This document shows positions 51,367-64,000 of a DNA stretch of 64,000 nt, in pieces. Below the pieces are notes generated by a model. The model saw nothing but the letters and a program-made list of their open reading frames with translations, had not been told where the DNA came from and searched no databases. The position numbers and the translations under genes are program-made. The first letter of the stretch is position 1. Each line of letters begins with the position of its first letter. Origin of the DNA: Octopus sinensis (taxonomy: Eukaryota); contig NC_043013.1 in assembly GCF_006345805.1 (NCBI RefSeq), positions 48,050,001-48,114,000 of the forward strand. The letters are read 5' to 3'.

Positions 51367-51927
51367 CAGAGCTAGGTAGAGAGGGAGTGAGAGAGAGAGA
51401 GACGGAGATGAGGAGAGAGGAGAGAGGAGAGGAGGAGAGAGGGAAGAGTGCTCTGGCATAAATATGCGTATACAGAAGCGTTAATTACACACGTTAGAGC
51501 ATGACTCATCAGAGCCCAGAGAACCAGAAGGGTGTCTTTTGTAATTTGAAGTCAGATTCACGCGGAGTTTGAAATTTTATATAAAGACAGCTAGCGCCTT
51601 GCATTGCCGTTGTATTGCTTCTGCTACACGGCTGCTGCTGTTCATACTGCTCTTGCTCTTGCTGCTGCTACTGCTGTTGCTGCTACTGCTGTTGCTGCTG
51701 CTTTTGACGCTACAATAACAATTACAACACCACCACCACCACCACGACTACTACTACTACTACTACTACTAAACTTGCTGCTGCTGCTGCTGCTGCAGCA
51801 TAGCCAGCGAGGGGATTGCCCAAGCCTGCTAGAAACAGCAGTTAAAATATCCTTCTATCGCCTTAAGAAAGAATGATTACAGTTGATCACAGGTCTGCTC
51901 AAAGTTGAACTGGTGCAAGCAACAACA

Positions 51928-51967
<40 letters not shown>

Positions 51968-51980
51968 GTAGTAGTAGTAA

Positions 51981-52024
<44 letters not shown>

Positions 52025-53306
52025 CTGCTGCTGCTGCTATACCAGCTAACTTATTCCTGCTACTATAGTACTAGTACAACCACAATTAATACCTATTTCT
52101 TTATTGCCCACAAGGGGGCTAAACACAGAAGGGACAAACAAGGACAGACAAACGGATTAAGTCGATTATATCGACCCAGTGCGTAACTGGTACTTAATTT
52201 ATCGACCCCGAAAGGATGAAAGGCAAAGTCGACCTCCAACACAATGTAACAGTAACTAGCACCGATATCAACGTGGTATGACAGCAACTGCCTCTAAATC
52301 AAGATCACGCTGCAGTCTTTATGAGATCACACAAACTGCAAGAAATAACAGCTAAATCTCATCCAAGATTACCCCATAGCGTCTTGAAGATAAAGCACTT
52401 TTCATAATGAAGTCCTAGATGTCTGAAGTAATAATATATAAAAGAAAGAAAAAATGGAATGGTCAAGGCTAGAATGTCTTTGATCATATATCTGCTTAAT
52501 GAGGGTTGAACAAGGGCCAAATAGCAACAACCATTACTCATACAGCCAGTGTTAATAATCCTTTCTGCTATAGACACAAGGCCAGGAATTTGTAGGTGGG
52601 TGTCTAGTCGATTTCATAGACCCCCGTACGTCACTGGTACTTATTTCATTGACACCGAAAGGATGAAAGGCAAAGTGGGCCCCGGCGGAATTTGAACTCA
52701 GAACATAAGAGACGGACGAATTCTTGGTAATACTACCACCACCAGCATACTACTATCACTACCATCACTACCATCACACCATTACCCATACCACAAGCGT
52801 CATATCTTCATCTCCATCCCAGTCATCGTAGGGGCGTATACCATATTAGGTGAAATTGATTTGTAAGTCACTTCCGCCATGCTCTTGTGGAAGTCACCCG
52901 AACTTATGAGCACCATCAAAATTCAAGCTAACGAACTTGTACTTGGTTGCTTGATCTGATAAAAATAACAGTCAATTTTCACTCAAAACACATCCTAGTC
53001 GAATAAAAATAAAACAGAAGGGCTGTGTTGAATAAAAAATGGAATGTTCACAGCTTTGATAAATAGGTTTGCCGAATTACAACTAGCCTGAGTTTGGCTA
53101 TTACACACACATTCTAGAGCAAGGAAGGGATACTCGATTGATTTGCATAGATACTTCATTAATATACCCCCCACCGCCAACCTTTGGTCCCCAAAATATA
53201 CTGCCTCCGTTAATTGTCCTTCTTTCGCTTCTACAATGGCCCTCTGGATCTTACTGGTTTTGTGTCATCGACCCACGCTAAGTTGCCACGCGTGTCTCTC
53301 CTTAAC

Positions 53307-53532
53307 GCGGCGAGCTGGCAGAATCGTTAGCACGCCGGGCGAAATGCTTAGCAGTATTTCGTCTGTCACTACGTTCTGAGTTCAAATTCCGCCGAGGTCG
53401 ACTTGCCTTTCATCCTTTCGGGGTCGATTAAATAAGTACCAGTTACGTACTGGGGTCGATGTAATCGACTTAGTCCCTTTCTCTGTCCTTGTTTGTCCCC
53501 TCTATGTTTACCCCCTTGTGGGCGATAAAGAA
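53307..53532 (+). mobile_element. SINE family B
   Basis: Full head, core and tail; further copies at about 16140-16225(-), 52088-52236(-), 52585-52726(-) and 54445-54660(+). Confidence 0.85.
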
Positions 53533-55191
53533 TTGAATATTAAATCCAGATACCGCACAAACGGCCTTCGTCTTCAGAACTTTGACCGTTTGGAATTCTT
53601 TCTCCACATGTTTTTACTAGCAATGGTCGACTTGCAACTGTTTAAAGAGAACGTTGATCCTTTTACTTTAAATAATACAGGATACACGTAAAGAATATTG
53701 GAGAAATAAACAGGTTAAGATGTGCTTTTATGGGGTGTTCAGTACTTTTATATTTCTGTAGTGGACATAGAAAGGCTTTCTTCGGTCGACCAATTCACTG
53801 TAGTATTTAGATGATATTTTCAACGCTTTGTTGATGTATTAATATGGCGTACTTTACAACAGCCATTACAGTAATATTGAAATAATGAGCGGATGCTGAT
53901 TGTTCTGCAATAATTAAGCTTTATTAATTAGCCGTTATTGACCACGCTGGAAATATTAACAGTTATTAACTGTCCTTAAGTAATTAGCAGTTATTAATTA
54001 TACTTTATTAACAAACTGTACATAATACAATTAACATTAACTCTTGAACAGAAATGAGCATCATCAATATTATCAGCATCCCTTACACTAAAAACTTCAT
54101 CAACATCAAAAACCAATAAACCAATATGCAGTATTTGATGCCGATCAATAGCAATAATATGTTCAATGCTAACAGTATTTAACACCAACGTGCATAGTCA
54201 GTATTTTGGAGTCCTTTTTAAATTGAAAAGCTTTTTTCTTCTCTCGTAATAACGAGAGTTTGATTGGGTATAAATGTCCAGAGTTGATTGGTTGCATAGT
54301 TCTTCTTAAATTCTTAAAAGAACATGATTGTGTCATATAAAGCAAGCTTTAGTCTTGATAACCAGAACAGTAATAGAGAATCAGAGAAATTCTATCTTTT
54401 TAATATTTTTTTTTTTTAGAATAATATTTATAATCCAAATTGAAGCGAAGAGCTGGCAGAATCGTTAGCACGCTGGGCAAAATGCTCAGCAGAATTTTGT
54501 CTGTCTATATGTTCTGAGTTCAAATTCCGCTGAGGTCGACTTTGCCCTTCATCCTTACGGAGGACGATAAAATAAGTACCAGTTAAGCTCTGGGGTCGAT
54601 CTAATCGACTAAACCCCTCCCCCGAAATTGCTGCCTTTGTGCCAAACTTTAAAGCCAATATTCATAATCTAAATCAGAGAAACATATGGGGGCTCATTTT
54701 CGATTTGATTTCTTTTTTTCTTTCTTTTTTTCACTGCCATGGCATGAACCTTTGTTGATTTGTGAAAATATTCATAGCAAGAAACTTAGTTTAACTCTAC
54801 CAAATATCAGAATCATCTGATATTTGGATATAATTATAGAGAGGATATAATTGCTAAACAACGTCTTAATCACAATAGCTGTTTCAATTCCAGTCATTAA
54901 CTTTTACACTTCCTTTTTCCTGGTGATCAATGATAGTTAAAACATTTTTTTTTCTTTTGATGCGAAGTTAATTATGTCATTTTCTACGGTTCTACTCTTT
55001 CTGTGGCCCAAACCGAGGCCATCGTTATCACGATCTGGAATATCATTGGCATACGGTATCCTCACAGCCATGAACTTTACACACACACATACACACACAC
55101 ACATACACACACACACTCTCATATATATAAATATATAAATATATATATATATACTCACACTCATGCACACACATGCACACACACACATCTA

Positions 55192-55249
<58 letters not shown>

Positions 55250-55465
55250 CTATGTATATCTATGTATGTATATATGTATATAATAAATTCAGGGTGAAAT
55301 TTGATAAATGTAAGCACCTGTATATGCCAGCTAGTAGCATAGGTGATAGGATATATGTATCAAATGAAATATGTACCGAAATGAAATATGTACCGTAATG
55401 AAATATGTACCGAAACATATGTACCGCAACATCCTTTGCGTCCTGTTTTTCATTTATTTCATTTG

Positions 55466-55511
<46 letters not shown>

Positions 55512-55929
55512 TGCTATAATTCGGTTAATAACCTCGTAACGTACATTTGAGAGCTCCTTATATCATTATTGGCTACCACGTGTCACTCTACAGCCGGATA
55601 TCTTACAAGGCTGGATAAGCACGTGAAGCTTCACAATTGTATAGCATTAATAAGAATAGAAGATGGTTTTAATAGCAACTCACAACATTTCTTTCTGCAC
55701 CGGACACCAGCATTAAGTTGCTGAGTTTACATTTATATACATTACATATAATCCTTTAGAATTACTATTTAAATTGAATATTTTTCAGCAAAAACGATCG
55801 TACCCAACATGAGAAAGCATCCACAAACATCTGTTGCTAAAAAATATTTTATTGTGTAGTAATTCTTAAAAATAATCTTATATATGATTTATAAGAAGGA
55901 GCTGGTGTCTAGTGCAGAAGTAAATATTC

Positions 55930-56290
55930 TTTTCTACTGTAGGCCCAAAATTTTGGGGGAGGTGGGGCCGTCGATTAGATTGACTCCAGTACGTAACTGG
56001 TATTTAATTTATCGACCCCGAAAGGATGAAAAGCAAAGTTGACCTCGGCGGAATTTAAACTCCGAATGTAAAGACAGACGAAATACCTATTTCTTTACTA
56101 CCCACAAGGGGCTAAACACAGAGTGGACAAACAAGGACAGACAAACGGATTAAGTCGATTATATCGACCCCAGTGAGTAACTGGTACTTATTTAATCGAC
56201 CCCGAAAGGATGAAAGGCAAAGTCGACCTCGGCGGAATTTGAACTCAGAACGTAGCGGCAGACGAAATATGGCAAAGCATTTCGCCCGAC
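55930..56290 (-). mobile_element. SINE family B partial dimer
   Basis: Junction GACAGACGAAATACCTATTTCTTTAC, same as 35816-36180. Confidence 0.8.
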
Positions 56291-56693
56291 AACTATTGTG
56301 ATTTGCTATTAAAGTTACGGAGAGAAAGCTACTATAGAAGGCTCATAACATATATAATACTATTTTATTCTCCGATCTAAAGCGACAATTTACAAATACA
56401 AACAAATGAGTCTTCCATAGTAGCTTCTCTCCATAACTTACAAAGCCTTTCGCGTTTGTCTACAAATATTATATTTAGTATTATGCAGTTTAAGTATATA
56501 TTAACAACATTTGGCTGAAATTAATGGGTGAGCGTTTGGCCCATCGGATACGCAATGACCTCTAGTAGCAAGGATTCATGTTGATTTGTGTGTTCGATTC
56601 TGGCTGGGATTAGCTCATCGTTTTTCAGTCATTTGCTTGTGTTTATAAATTGTCGCTTCAAATCAGAGAATAATCTATATATATATATATATA

Positions 56694-57036
56694 TATAAAA
56701 TATTATTCGAGACAAAACCACTATTTTGCAAAACAACAAGGAAAGACTTAATCAATACATAAAATTTTAATAAATAGTCAAAAAACCGCCACTACTACAA
56801 TCGTTTCTTGTCTTGATCGACAATCTTCAGGTGGACTCCAATTACAAGTCAATTTCAAATAATGACTTCATTATTTGAAATTGACTTGTATTGGAAGTCC
56901 ACCTGAAGATTGTCGATCAAGACAAGAAACGATTGTATGGCGGTTTTTTTGACTATTTATTAAAATTTTATGTATTGATTAAGTCTTTCCTTGTTTGTTT
57001 TGCAAATAGTGGTTTTGTCTCGAATAATATTTTATA
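56694..57036. repeat. 343-bp near-perfect palindrome (2-nt spacer at 56866-56867) with hammerhead-like motifs on both arms
   Basis: Arms match almost base for base. CCAC-CUGAAGA-UUGUC(GAUCAA)GACAA-GAAAC-GAUU-GUA at 56899-56942 (+) and 56789-56834 (-). Confidence 0.88.
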
Positions 57037-57117
57037 ATATTTTACTATAAAATCGATTTAATCCTAAATCTGATTTTTCCCTGTAATTTGGATTTATTCC
57101 CTAATATTTATTATTAT

Positions 57118-57200
<83 letters not shown>

Positions 57201-57203
<3 letters not shown>

Positions 57204-57390
57204 ACGGGTAAAATGTTCCTGGATTTAAGGGTGTCGCAAGAGGCCTGGTTGGAGGACAAACCTTCCGAGTTCTTTTACAGGGCTTAGAAAAACTGAAGGA
57301 CCTCTGCAATAAGTGTGTGAATCTAAGAAGGGAATATGTTAAATAAAATCATAATTAACTGATACGCCTGAACTTTTCAGCACCCGCTCG
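57201..57390 (+). mobile_element. Internally deleted mariner derivative
   Basis: Right TIR CCTGAACTTTTCAGCACCCGCTCG, decayed left TIR ..GGGTAAAATGTTCCTGG; the remnant reads WLEDKPSEFF.QGLEKLKDLCNKCVNLRREYVK* (mariner C-terminus). Confidence 0.65.
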
Positions 57391-58971
57391 AATATATATG
57401 AGACAGTAATAAATTTGTCAGTTATCCTTGTCTATATTCCTACCATAAATATAAATTGGTAGTAAATTATCACCACTAGTTTACTCTAACATTATTTGTG
57501 TTTTTCAAACTGTAATATTGTTAATTTTTTTTTATCTAGTTTCATCTCACAAGCTGTGGCCATGCTGGGGCACCGCCATTTGGTGTTGCTACGTGATTTT
57601 ACTTCACGAATGCTTTTTAGCAATTGCCATTTGGTGCATGAGAGATTTCGATGCAGCTGCCCTTATCTGCACCATTCTATGTACCATTCTATAAAAATTA
57701 TTGCAATTCATTTTCATGTAATTCATTGAACTCCGCTAAAACGCTTCATTGAGAAGACCGACAACTCTCAGCCACAATTTTTCTTTCTTTTTTTTTTTTT
57801 TGCTTTCTTTATACTCCAATATAATGTAGTCGTTCCAAGGAGCTTAACAGTTATATAAAGAAAAATGAGAATTAAGCGAGATCACTTAGAGGAGAATCTA
57901 AAGACTCGGTGTGCTTCGGATTAGTAATTGCTTTCCGTATATCTGTGAGTGTGATATTCTTCTCACCAAATTGTATCTCTGATCGACATACCTACATACT
58001 AAATCCTTGACTTTTGGAGCTAACGAGGAACCCACGACGTAGTTGCTCAACTTGCTTGCAACGACAGTCTAAGCTATCACACATAACATAGTTTCAAATA
58101 AGCGAAGGATATATTAGATACTGTAATATGACATAAACTGTGTTTGAAAAGACGGGATGGTCATGGCTAGAATGCTTTTTATTATAGGTTTGCACTACCA
58201 GGGCTGATCAGAGAATAAGTACAAACGACAACAACTCTTGACTTCTTTCTCAACATTTATCCCGCTATCATAATTTCTACCTTTATAGAATCGTCTGATC
58301 ACTGCCTAATCAAAGTCCCACATCGCGTCATTGCACAACAGATCACCTTCAACTCTAATTTCCTGGTACGTAAAGTCAGCTAATTAGAATTTTTAAAAAA
58401 ATCATTCACTATTCTTGTATATCTAACCAAAATAGCTGTGAAATTGTTTCTTCATACAGTTCACACAAAAATCTTAGTGTTTATGATATTGTATCAAAAT
58501 ATGTCACACCATAGTTGACGATAACACACGATACCTTTATGTTTTCTGTTATTCAAACATATCACGAAACTGATTTGGGATTTCCTTATTGAAGATGCTT
58601 TTCTAGCTGGATGAGCTTATAATAAAAAAAAAAAGATGAGTGCTGGGCACTTTTCTCTTTAGACAAATGAAAATAGCAAAGAATCATCAAATATAATGCA
58701 GTATATAACACAATAAAAACTTATAATGTGTATAATGTGAAATATATGTTAATGTCTTTTTAACAGTTAGATCACATTATAATTAACTATACTGTAACTG
58801 CTAATGATTACAAACTATATCATTGATATTTGCGTCAAAACAGTCATAGCGGTTATTTTGATAAACCTTTAACATAAACTAAACAATTATATAACGCAAC
58901 ATAAAAAATTTTGTTATATATATCACATTATAATAAATTACATCCCATTACAGCAAACCATACAATTATCA

Positions 58972-59215
58972 TCATCATCATCATCATCGTTTAGCGTCCG
59001 CTTTCCATGCTAGCATGGGTTGGACGGTTCAACTGGGGTCTGGGAAGCCAGAAAGCTGCACCAGGCCCAGTCTGATCTGGCAATGTTTCTACGGCTGGAT
59101 GCCCTTCCTAACGCCAACCACTCCGTGAGTGTAGTGGGAGCTTTTTACGTGCCACCGGCACAGGTGCCAGATGAGGCTGGCAAACGGCCACGATGGGATG
59201 GTGCTTTTTACGTGC
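58972..59215 (-). mobile_element. SINE-like 3' part with (GAT)n tail
   Basis: Minus strand GGCACGTAAAAAGC..GTTGGCGTTAGGAAGGGCATCCAGCCGTAGAAAC..GCATGGAAAGCGGACGCTAAACGATGATGATG; the central block resembles the V-SINE domain from memory (unverified). Confidence 0.6.
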
Positions 59216-59330
59216 CTATATATTTCAACATATATTGCGCAGCATAAAACCATGCAATAATGATATCACATAGTAACAAACTATAATATGTTGTGTTTAC
59301 ATACATAAATGTGTGTATGTATATACATAT

Positions 59331-59611
59331 CACCGTGATCACCGTGACCGACCAGGCTATCAGATGCTGCTACATATCGCTGGTCACAATGCGCTTCGCA
59401 TTGTTTTAGACTTCGAATGACGCCACCCCGCTGGCTAAGCGAGCAGGCCAACAGAAGAAAGAGTGGTGAAAGAGTACAGTAGGGATCGCCACCCCCTGCC
59501 GGAGCCTCGTGTTTTCGCTCAATAAACACTCACAACGCCCGGTCTGGGAATCGAAACCGCGATCCTGCGACCGCGAGTCCGCTGCCCTAACCACTAGGCC
59601 ATTGCGCCTCC
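59331..59611 (-). mobile_element. tRNA-derived SINE family C
   Basis: GGAGGCGCAATGGCCTAGTGGTTAGGGCAGCGGACTCGCGGTCGCAGGATCGCGGTTTCGATTCCC (A box, B box). Confidence 0.8.
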
Positions 59612-60373
59612 GTGTATGTATATACATATACATATATTTGTGTATGTACAGATTTTCTATAGGACCTAGAGCAAGTACTAGAAGTTACAATGATTCGTAT
59701 ACAAGTATGTCTACGTAAACAATGCAATCGAAGATATAAAAATAGGTAAAGCGTATCTATACACATTTCAGGAGTTCTTGTTCCTTCTTCAGCTTCACAT
59801 CCAACCTGTCAACCATCCACGAAAAGCTGCATTGTTTACACAGACGTGTTCGTATACGAAACGTTGTAACTTTCAGTGCTGGCTCTAGTTTCTATAGAAA
59901 ATCTGTAGAGACAACTTTAAAAGTGATTGAACAGCACTACTAACACGGGTAGGACACTGTATCGACCTATAGGCTGTCTGATATTCAGTTAGCTTCATCC
60001 ATCCGTATGGGAAACACCTCGATTTAAGCTGTATAGGAGTGTCTACCTTCAGATTTGATAGAGTACAATAATTGATTTAATGTCAATCAACAACATGCAC
60101 AAAACTATTATATCAAAATCCATCAGAATGTAATGAGGAAAATTAATTTTGAAGATGTATTATTATTTCTTCATTTTCATGTTTTAACTATATTCTCTGT
60201 ATATTTCAAGAAATCCATTGAAGCGAACTGTAGGCAAACTAATCGAAAGGAGAACAGTTTATTTGTTTATTTTAAACGATTTTCAATGTTCTGTATCTTC
60301 CAATGTAGTTAGCCAAGTCTGGATTTCATCAGAATGCTAATAAGGGATCTGTCCGGATTTCAAATCCCTACTC

Positions 60374-60398
60374 CTTTACATTATATAATATATATATA

Positions 60399-60430
<32 letters not shown>

Positions 60431-60810
60431 TGTATGTATGTATATATATATGTATGTATATGTATGTATGTATATATATATGTATGTATATATTGTATGT
60501 ATGTATATATATGTATGTAATATATGTATGTATATATATGTATATTATGTATATATATAATATGTATGTATATATATATGTATTATATATATGTATGTAT
60601 GTATATATATATAGTATATATTATATATGTATATTATATGTATGTATATATATATGTATGTATATATATATGTATGTATATATATATATATATATATAGA
60701 TATATATATATATATATATATATAATATGTATATATATATATATATATGTATGTATATATATGTATATATGTTTCTTTATATATATATATATTATGTATA
60801 TATGTTTCTT

Positions 60811-60842
<32 letters not shown>

Positions 60843-60856
60843 CTCATACATATATA
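60374..60856. repeat. Long (TA)n/(TATG)n microsatellite
   Basis: Direct reading; source of YI/CI-rich ORFs. Confidence 0.95.
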
Positions 60857-60996
60857 TGAAAGGTTTTGATATACAGAAGACCCAAGACTGCTAGCAAGGT
60901 TATGTAAATGCTACGGGAAGTTCGATATCCATCCTTTTCCAAAATAACTCCTTATATTGAACCCTACTATTTCCCTCCAGTTAACTCGTTCATATT

Positions 60997-61046
60997 GAAC
61001 TCTGATGAAGGGATGTCCCTAATATCCCAGAAATAGCTGTAAGACT
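60997..61046 (+). ncRNA. Hammerhead-like motif, weak stem I
   Basis: GAACU-CUGAUGA-A-GGGAU(9 nt)AUCCC-A-GAAA-UAGCU-GUA/AGACU; self-complementary AUAGCUGU stem III; only 2 bp of stem I remain. Confidence 0.4.
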
Positions 61047-61110
61047 ACTTTTCTCTTGATAAATGTCCTATAAATTCCACACACACTTCGTTTTGTTGTC
61101 TCATTTTATT

Positions 61111-61171
<61 letters not shown>

Positions 61172-61185
61172 ATATTATGTCAAAC

Positions 61186-61484
61186 CCGGGCCGACCATTA
61201 CCTTGAGTGGATTTGGTAGACGGAAACTGAAAGAAGCCTGTCGTATATATGTATATATATGTATATGTGTGTGTGTGTGTGTTTGTGTGTCTGTGTTTGT
61301 CCCCCTAGCATTGCTTGACAACCGATGTTGGTGTGTTTACGTCCCTGTCACTTAGCGGTTCGGCAAAAGAGACCGATAAAAGAAGTACTGGGCTTACAAA
61401 GAATAAGTCCCGGGGTTGATTTGCTCGACTAAAGGCGGTGCTCCAGCATAGCCGCAGTCAAATGACTGAAACATGTAAAAGAGA
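61186..61484 (+). mobile_element. SINE family A, 5'-truncated
   Basis: Body and tail present. Confidence 0.85.
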
Positions 61485-62874
61485 GAAAAGAGAGAAAGAG
61501 AGATATACAAAATGGGACAAGAACGCAAAACATCCAGAAGACGATACAAAAAACACGGACGGGTCATTCGAAGCCTTTAATCTTCAGTCAAGAACCGGAT
61601 CATCCTCGCAATTTCGGCTGATTAATCTTGACTGATTACTCCAATCTGGCCAGCCCCCAAGGAAAAACTAAACTAAGAGCGTTAGATTCCTTGGGAAAAA
61701 AGCTTCGCAGACTATAACAAACTGCAGAATTAAATTTCATCGGGGAAAGATTGAGCAAATGGAGGTTCAAGATTGGGTATGCTTTATGGACATAGGAACT
61801 TCTGACCAGGTCACATAGATTGTTGTCCCCGCCGAAGGAGATATGTGGATGTACATGAAGAATTACTGTGGTTGTAAAAGGGAAATATGACTTTAGATGG
61901 TGTAGAAATAACGGTAATATTTAAGTTATCTCCCTTTTAATTTACTCCATTTGATCATGTCAATATTAATTTAAATTCATTACCACCGTACATGGAAACA
62001 TTTAAGTTACATCTTTATAACAATTCCCTATAATAATTTAAATTTTTTAACCCTAGTTACTTCCCTTGATATAACTAAATTACTTTCGAAATTATTAAAA
62101 AATAATTTCGATTTTCAACCTCAATTACTTCCTTTGTATTTTATATTTAAATAGTAATCGTGAATTATCTACGTTATCTTTATTTTGTGTTGTCCTATCT
62201 TAATATGATATATTTAAAAATATGCGCAAGACACACGTGACATGCATTAACCAATGAGGTGAAAGTACTGAGACGCCCGCTTTAATTTCACTTCAATGGT
62301 TTTTTAAGTCCACATATATAACCGTCTCACGAAATGCACAGCAGGAGATGAAAAATCAGAAGGCGACGGAAAGGGGATCAACCAAATAAATTTAATAATT
62401 TAAGTATGTTTTCAGCAATAATTCTCCGCTTTTGTTTTAAGCAATGCTTCTAATGTAATTGTACATGCATGTAAACACACACGTGATTATATAAATACAA
62501 TATGAGAGATCGACATTTTTTATACAATGTATTTATATATATAGGTATGCATACTGTGTGAGTGTATGCGTGTATTATGTGCGAGAGTGTGTGTGTATCT
62601 CTGAGTGTGTCTGCATTTGTGTTAGTGTTTGTGTCGAAATCCACGCCAACACGGATGGGAATAGATTAGATATAAGTAAGAATACGAGCCTAAACGAACT
62701 TGATTTACATCACTTGTGCATTCTTCGCCAGATACACCGATGATCTTTATTCTCACGTTTTCTCGTATGTAGACAGGCGTACGGGATATATTTGGTCATA
62801 TCGACGACTATATCAGCTTCAACACGGAATACTTGTGACACACACACACACACATTTATATTCATATATATATG

Positions 62875-62910
<36 letters not shown>

Positions 62911-62918
62911 ATATATAT

Positions 62919-62971
<53 letters not shown>

Positions 62972-63060
62972 GAAAAATTCACAAAAAAAACAAAAGACGA
63001 AGACAGGTGGTGTAGACAATAATGAGATGTATTAGTTTAACGCTCGGGATATGAAAAAGT

Positions 63061-63096
63061 CTTTAACGTTTCGAGCTTACGCTCTTCCACAGAAAG
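63061..63096 (-). ncRNA. Family V hammerhead-like motif
   Basis: CUUU-CUGUGGA-A-GAGC(GUAA)GCUC-GAAAC-GUU/AAAG. Confidence 0.5.
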
Positions 63097-63135
63097 GAAC
63101 ACAGAAACAAACAAGGAGAGAAAATAAAGAATGGC

Positions 63136-63182
<47 letters not shown>

Positions 63183-63188
63183 ATAGAT

Positions 63189-63219
<31 letters not shown>

Positions 63220-63225
63220 AACATA

Positions 63226-63632
63226 GGCGTAGGAGTGGCTGTGTGATAAGTAGCTTGCTTACCAACCACATGGTTCTGGGTTCAGTCCCACTGCGTGGCA
63301 TCTTGGGCAAGTGTCTTCTACTATGGCCTCGGGCCGACCAAAGCCTTGTGAATGGATTTGGCAAACGGAAACTGAAAGAAGCCCGTCGTATATATGTATA
63401 TGTGTGTGTGTGTGTGTGTATGTTTGTTTGTGTGTCTGTGTTTGTCCCCCTCCTCCAACATCGCTTGACAACCGATGCTGGTGTGTTTACGTCCCCATAA
63501 ATTAGCGGTTCGGCGAAAGAGCCCGATAGAATAAGTACTAGGCTTACAAAGAATAACTCCTGGGGTCGTTTTGCTCGACTAAAAGGCGGTGCTCTAGCAT
63601 GGCCGCAGTCAAATGACTGAAACAAGTAAAAG
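63226..63632 (+). mobile_element. SINE family A, full length
   Basis: Best-preserved copy, from GGCGTAGGAGTGGCTGTGTG to AACAAGTAAAAG. Confidence 0.9.
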
Positions 63633-64000
63633 TGAGTGAAGATATATATAATACATATAATATATAATATATAAACACATATATACGCATATACATACAT
63701 GCCTATTCACACATATTTAAATAGAAACTATTCTGCCCGTGACACGTTGGGTCACTGACTGTTCAGGTTATAAAACGTTGAAGCTGATTTCAACATTGCA
63801 TTGAAATGAAAGTTAATTTTATGATGATTCAGTTAAATATTTCGATTTGTTCCAGTCCTCATAGGTCTGGTTTACAAGTTCATGTTTAAAGTTTTATTGA
63901 TTATTTACAGCATCTAACAGGAATAGAACTTCCGAGATAAACCTGAACTCCAGTAACAATATTTAATTATGTGCATACTTCCACAAAAATGTAAAATGAA

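Noticed and set aside
55364-55426. GAAACAUAUGUA palindrome suggesting stem III
   Set aside because: Part of a 17-bp tandem repeat (ATGAAATATGTACCGAA) with no CUGANGA upstream.
59540-59611. Functional tRNA genes (also 32440-32508, 44917-44992 and SINE A/B heads)
   Set aside because: A and B boxes are present, but no complete cloverleaf can be drawn and each continues into a repeated SINE body.
62221-62290. Promoter (CACGTG, CCAAT, GC-rich patch)
   Set aside because: Short motifs with no downstream exon or CpG island; not supportable from sequence alone.
62700-62830. RYTDD as an RT active-site motif
   Set aside because: No flanking RT motifs in any frame.

Overview
Repeat-saturated, AT-rich animal DNA. 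It is most likely a cephalopod such as Octopus; this is inferred from the dense tRNA-derived SINE families and the TA/TAA/CA/GATA microsatellite load, and was not verified by search. No host protein-coding gene, rRNA, true tRNA or CRISPR array can be supported; almost all short ORFs are microsatellite artefacts. Recognisable coding remnants are all transposon-derived: R4/Dong-like non-LTR retrotransposons (two 5'-truncated copies plus a deleted relative sitting in TAA arrays, and one long decayed copy), a maT/DD37D-like Tc1-mariner, a Helitron-derived Pif1 fragment and two Penelope-like (PLE) relics. There are also several MITEs (two with GG-starting TIRs and 8-bp TSDs, one hAT-like, one mariner-derived) and at least five SINE-like families. 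The most interesting signal, read by eye, is a set of type-I hammerhead ribozyme (HHR) motifs from several unrelated repeat families. They include a tandem pair 583 nt apart (39067-40057), a 333-nt terminally redundant unit (28235-28599), long foldbacks with an HHR on each arm (23786-24185, 56694-57036), a tRNA-headed HHR module (44917-45195) and a four-copy family with a non-canonical CUGURGA core. Together they suggest retrozyme-like or PLE-dependent self-cleaving, possibly circular, RNA elements. All folds were derived by hand; no catalytic activity or expression is shown.
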